A stretch of 64,000 nt of DNA from Raillietiella orientalis. Its lineage: Eukaryota. Below the pieces are notes generated by a model, which had not been told where the DNA came from, ran no database searches, and was given only the letters and a program-made list of their open reading frames with translations. The position numbers and the translations under genes were made by a program. The DNA is taken from positions 930,001 through 994,000 of the forward strand of contig JAYWIR010000029.1 in the NCBI GenBank assembly GCA_036172245.1. Reading direction: 5' to 3'. Shown one piece after another: positions 60,988 through 64,000 of this stretch; the stretch's first letter is position 1, and each line of letters starts with the position of its first letter.

Positions 60988-63900
60988 GACCACTATCCGT
61001 AGATAGCGAAGAGTGAAGTGGCTGGCGTCTGGGACTCAAGAAGCTGCAAAGATGCACCACCGCTACCAAAAAAGATATTATCGGGTCCAACTAGATTATG
61101 ATGTTGGCCTGGGTCGGTAAGATCTGCCTCATCAGGAATAATCATAAATAAATAAGGACGGACGATGGTTGTGCGTTTCGTATGAAAGGATTCTTCTGGT
61201 AAGCATTATTAGTAGAGGAAAACATGCGACAAACCCAATTCAGAAGAGTTCTTCATCACTCTTAAACTCTCATGACTGCCATGATCCATCCACAACCAGG
61301 GCGAAAACAGTGAAACTTCAACATGACCCCTTACAAGTATCTGGATTCAAACCGACTTAAAGCTATTCCAGGAAGCGCCTTCACGATTCCTTTTCGCTCC
61401 TCATGAAGCTGGCAGATGCTGCTTTCTACAGGATACTTGTATGAAAGAGCTCTTTTACACAGCAGTTGCTCCATGGAGATGTCCGGGGATCAGTACGGAC
61501 CTTGAAGAGCAGTTGTTATCTATTGAGAGAATCACAAAAGGTGATGCACCACGGTGAGAAATAGAGACCTGGAATTATCTTGCTCAGTCTATCGAAACTG
61601 ATTGTAAGGGAGGACCATGTTGGCAAGCTGAACATCAGGGAAGAATCCAAGCTACTGGGGTTTTCATGGGCTCAGTACTTGTTCTCTGTTTCTTCGTGTT
61701 TCAGTTCCTCGAATACTGAAAGAGCTGCAATGAAAAATGGAGTCTGAAGTGGAGCAAACATGTGTTGCGTTTCCCATGGCGCCGAGCATCCCGTTGGCAT
61801 GCAGTCCGCATCGACATCGACTATTCACCACGGCGCTTCTTTTGACCATTCGAAACTGAGATTTCATGATAATGAACAACAGTTATAATAAGTTTCCATG
61901 AATAAACGAACAAAACATGAATTTCCAAAAATCAATAAGTTTCATGGAGAAATAGAAAGTACTCGACTCGATTAGTTATAAGAACTAGTAGTGAAAACCT
62001 TAGTTACTACTACTACTACTACTATCCATACAGTTTTCATTACTAAAGGCTATAGTCGGGACTAATTGGAAACATCCTAGGAACTGCAAAACAAACTGCT
62101 TTTTGGATTAGGCATCGCGTAGGACTTCAGCTACTATTTGTGTATCACAGAAGTGGAATTTTTTCTTCTAATTTGGACTGTAATTCCCGGTTTTTATACC
62201 TCGTGCAGCTAGAATGAGTTTTTGTTGATAAATTTGCAGTCGATTTGCTCGTATTCATTCCATTCAAAAAATCATCCCCGGAATTTGATTTCCGAGAAAA
62301 TCTGCTGAAGGATTTTTCGACTTTTTGCTCTGCGTGCGGCGCCCACAGTATCGTGTACAACAGAATCGAATGGAATTCAGATGGGAAAAAAACTTCATGC
62401 CGCATCTTCATGTCCTAATTTTTCAAGGCTGAGTGGTGAGTCAGCGATCTTCCTTAAGTAAACAATGAACTTACATGACCTATCTCACTGGAAGAGTCTC
62501 AACTATTTAAAATATCTTAGGTCTGGTGCCCATAGCAAATGCAGGTTATGTAGATGTTGAGCAGGTCTTTCACTTCAGTTGTGCTTTCCCAAAGTACGCA
62601 CATACTCCAAGGATCTTTGCACGAGTGTGGGTTTCATAAAAATCTGTGATAGGATCGTTCAATGATGTTGATTGGCATTTAAAATGGAGGGATGTCTATT
62701 GGAAAAGTTTGAGAGAATACAATATGGACAGAACTACTAACGTAACCATATATTATGAAGTGGTGCAAAGCAAAGCAACCTTCGTGTTCAGGTTTCCATT
62801 CAAGTCATCAGTCATCGTCTCAATCTTTCAAGTGTTCTCAGGGCAGTGCCCAAGGCAAAGTCTCAGATGTACAAAACCAGTATGCAATGCCTTCGTGTTT
62901 GCAAGCAGTCAACTAGCAGTCTACACTCTGAGACCAATGCATATCACTAAGTAAGGCTATTTAGATTGTTGGTCTGGGTTTTATGAATACTTCGTACTTA
63001 TTTCCAGTACAAATAAATGCCAGTTCTTCAAACCATTGCCCAACACGCTTGAAACGAAAGCATCAAACTGGTTACACATGATCTCAGCTGTTTCCATGGG
63101 TAAATGAAAGGAATGGATACGCGTAGTGTCCAAAAATGAAAAACAAGGGAGATATGGCTTTAATCAGGAAAGACTTTGAGTATGGTCCATTCAAGAAACA
63201 CATCTGCAATGAGAATAATCGTGTGAACTTGTGACGAAAAAACAAATAGGTGGAGGAGGTAGGTTGCTTTAGAGCTATCCAAGGATCTTGAATCAGAATA
63301 GAGTGAGTAGTTTCAGAGTCATTATACACCATGGTTTTACAAAGAAAGGAAGGAAGAAATCATCATTACAAATTCATTCTGCTTTCTTCTTAGAACGAAT
63401 ATACCTGTAACGATTTCTTTCTTACAGGATAACATCTAGAATAAACATATTGTAGAAAAGTTCAGTGATGTTTGAAAAAATTCCTGTAAACCCGTTTCCG
63501 ACATGGAACTGTTTTCAGAGTTAAGCCGCAACCATTTTCCCATAGACCTGGAGAAATTAGTTGGGTTGTTTCATTGCAGAGATTATGACCATTTTTCCCA
63601 ATTCGGTTGAATGACCTTGACGAAAACACATTCTTGAAGATTGTTCGCTAGATGTGCCTTCCTTTTAACACATGTACTACAAAGCGGTGTATGAAATGGA
63701 GACGTCCTTTCTTTAAAATATAGTAGATTAAGTGTAACGTAGAAAGTTTGCGGCTTTAGAGATCTGTGTAGTTTTCTCTCTTCAGATCTTCATGGTGTAT
63801 TTCGTAAGAAGAAATTCGAAATTGAATCAAGATTGCCACTTGGAAGTTGCATTCGTTGAAATCAGGAATGATTGTCTTGTACGGTGATTACGTCGAGAAG

Positions 63901-64000
63901 TTGTGTGCTTAAAGTTGTTTAAAATCATTATTATTCACCCATCTATATAGAACACGGAAAATAAGCTGGCAGTTCAAATAGAGTTTGTGTGTTCTCTTTA

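Noticed and set aside
1..64000. CRISPR arrays, operons or other prokaryotic systems
   Set aside because: No regularly spaced direct repeats were seen, and the genes have spliceosomal introns and metazoan domains.

Overview
Eukaryotic DNA, most likely from an arthropod (inferred from the gene families present). Three spliced protein-coding genes could be reconstructed by hand with GT-AG introns and consistent phases. (1) A Nedx/lms-type NK-class homeobox gene (+, 26500-29356, 4 exons, 305 aa, eh1 motif). (2) TopBP1/Dpb11/mus101 (-, 33214-37652, 14 exons, 1289 aa, all 13 introns 38-51 nt). (3) A pHCl-2/Hodor-like anion-selective Cys-loop channel (-, 40248-60234, 8 exons, 550 aa, with a candidate signal-peptide exon 11.8 kb upstream). 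The most unusual feature lies between the convergent Nedx and TopBP1 genes. It is a patchwork of a splice-site-intact copy of the Nedx homeobox exons, a copy of part of the TopBP1 last exon, an unidentified fragment, and a tRNA-headed SINE interrupted by a probable mitochondrial nad5 insertion. The rest is repeat debris: a palindromic mariner MITE, a Tx1/L1-like 3' end, CR1/L2-like remnants, five copies of a SINE, an AT-rich TIR element, two 5S rRNA 3' fragments and an H2B pseudogene. Most short ORFs in the GC-rich 10-28 kb block look spurious. All alignments and identities were judged by eye.
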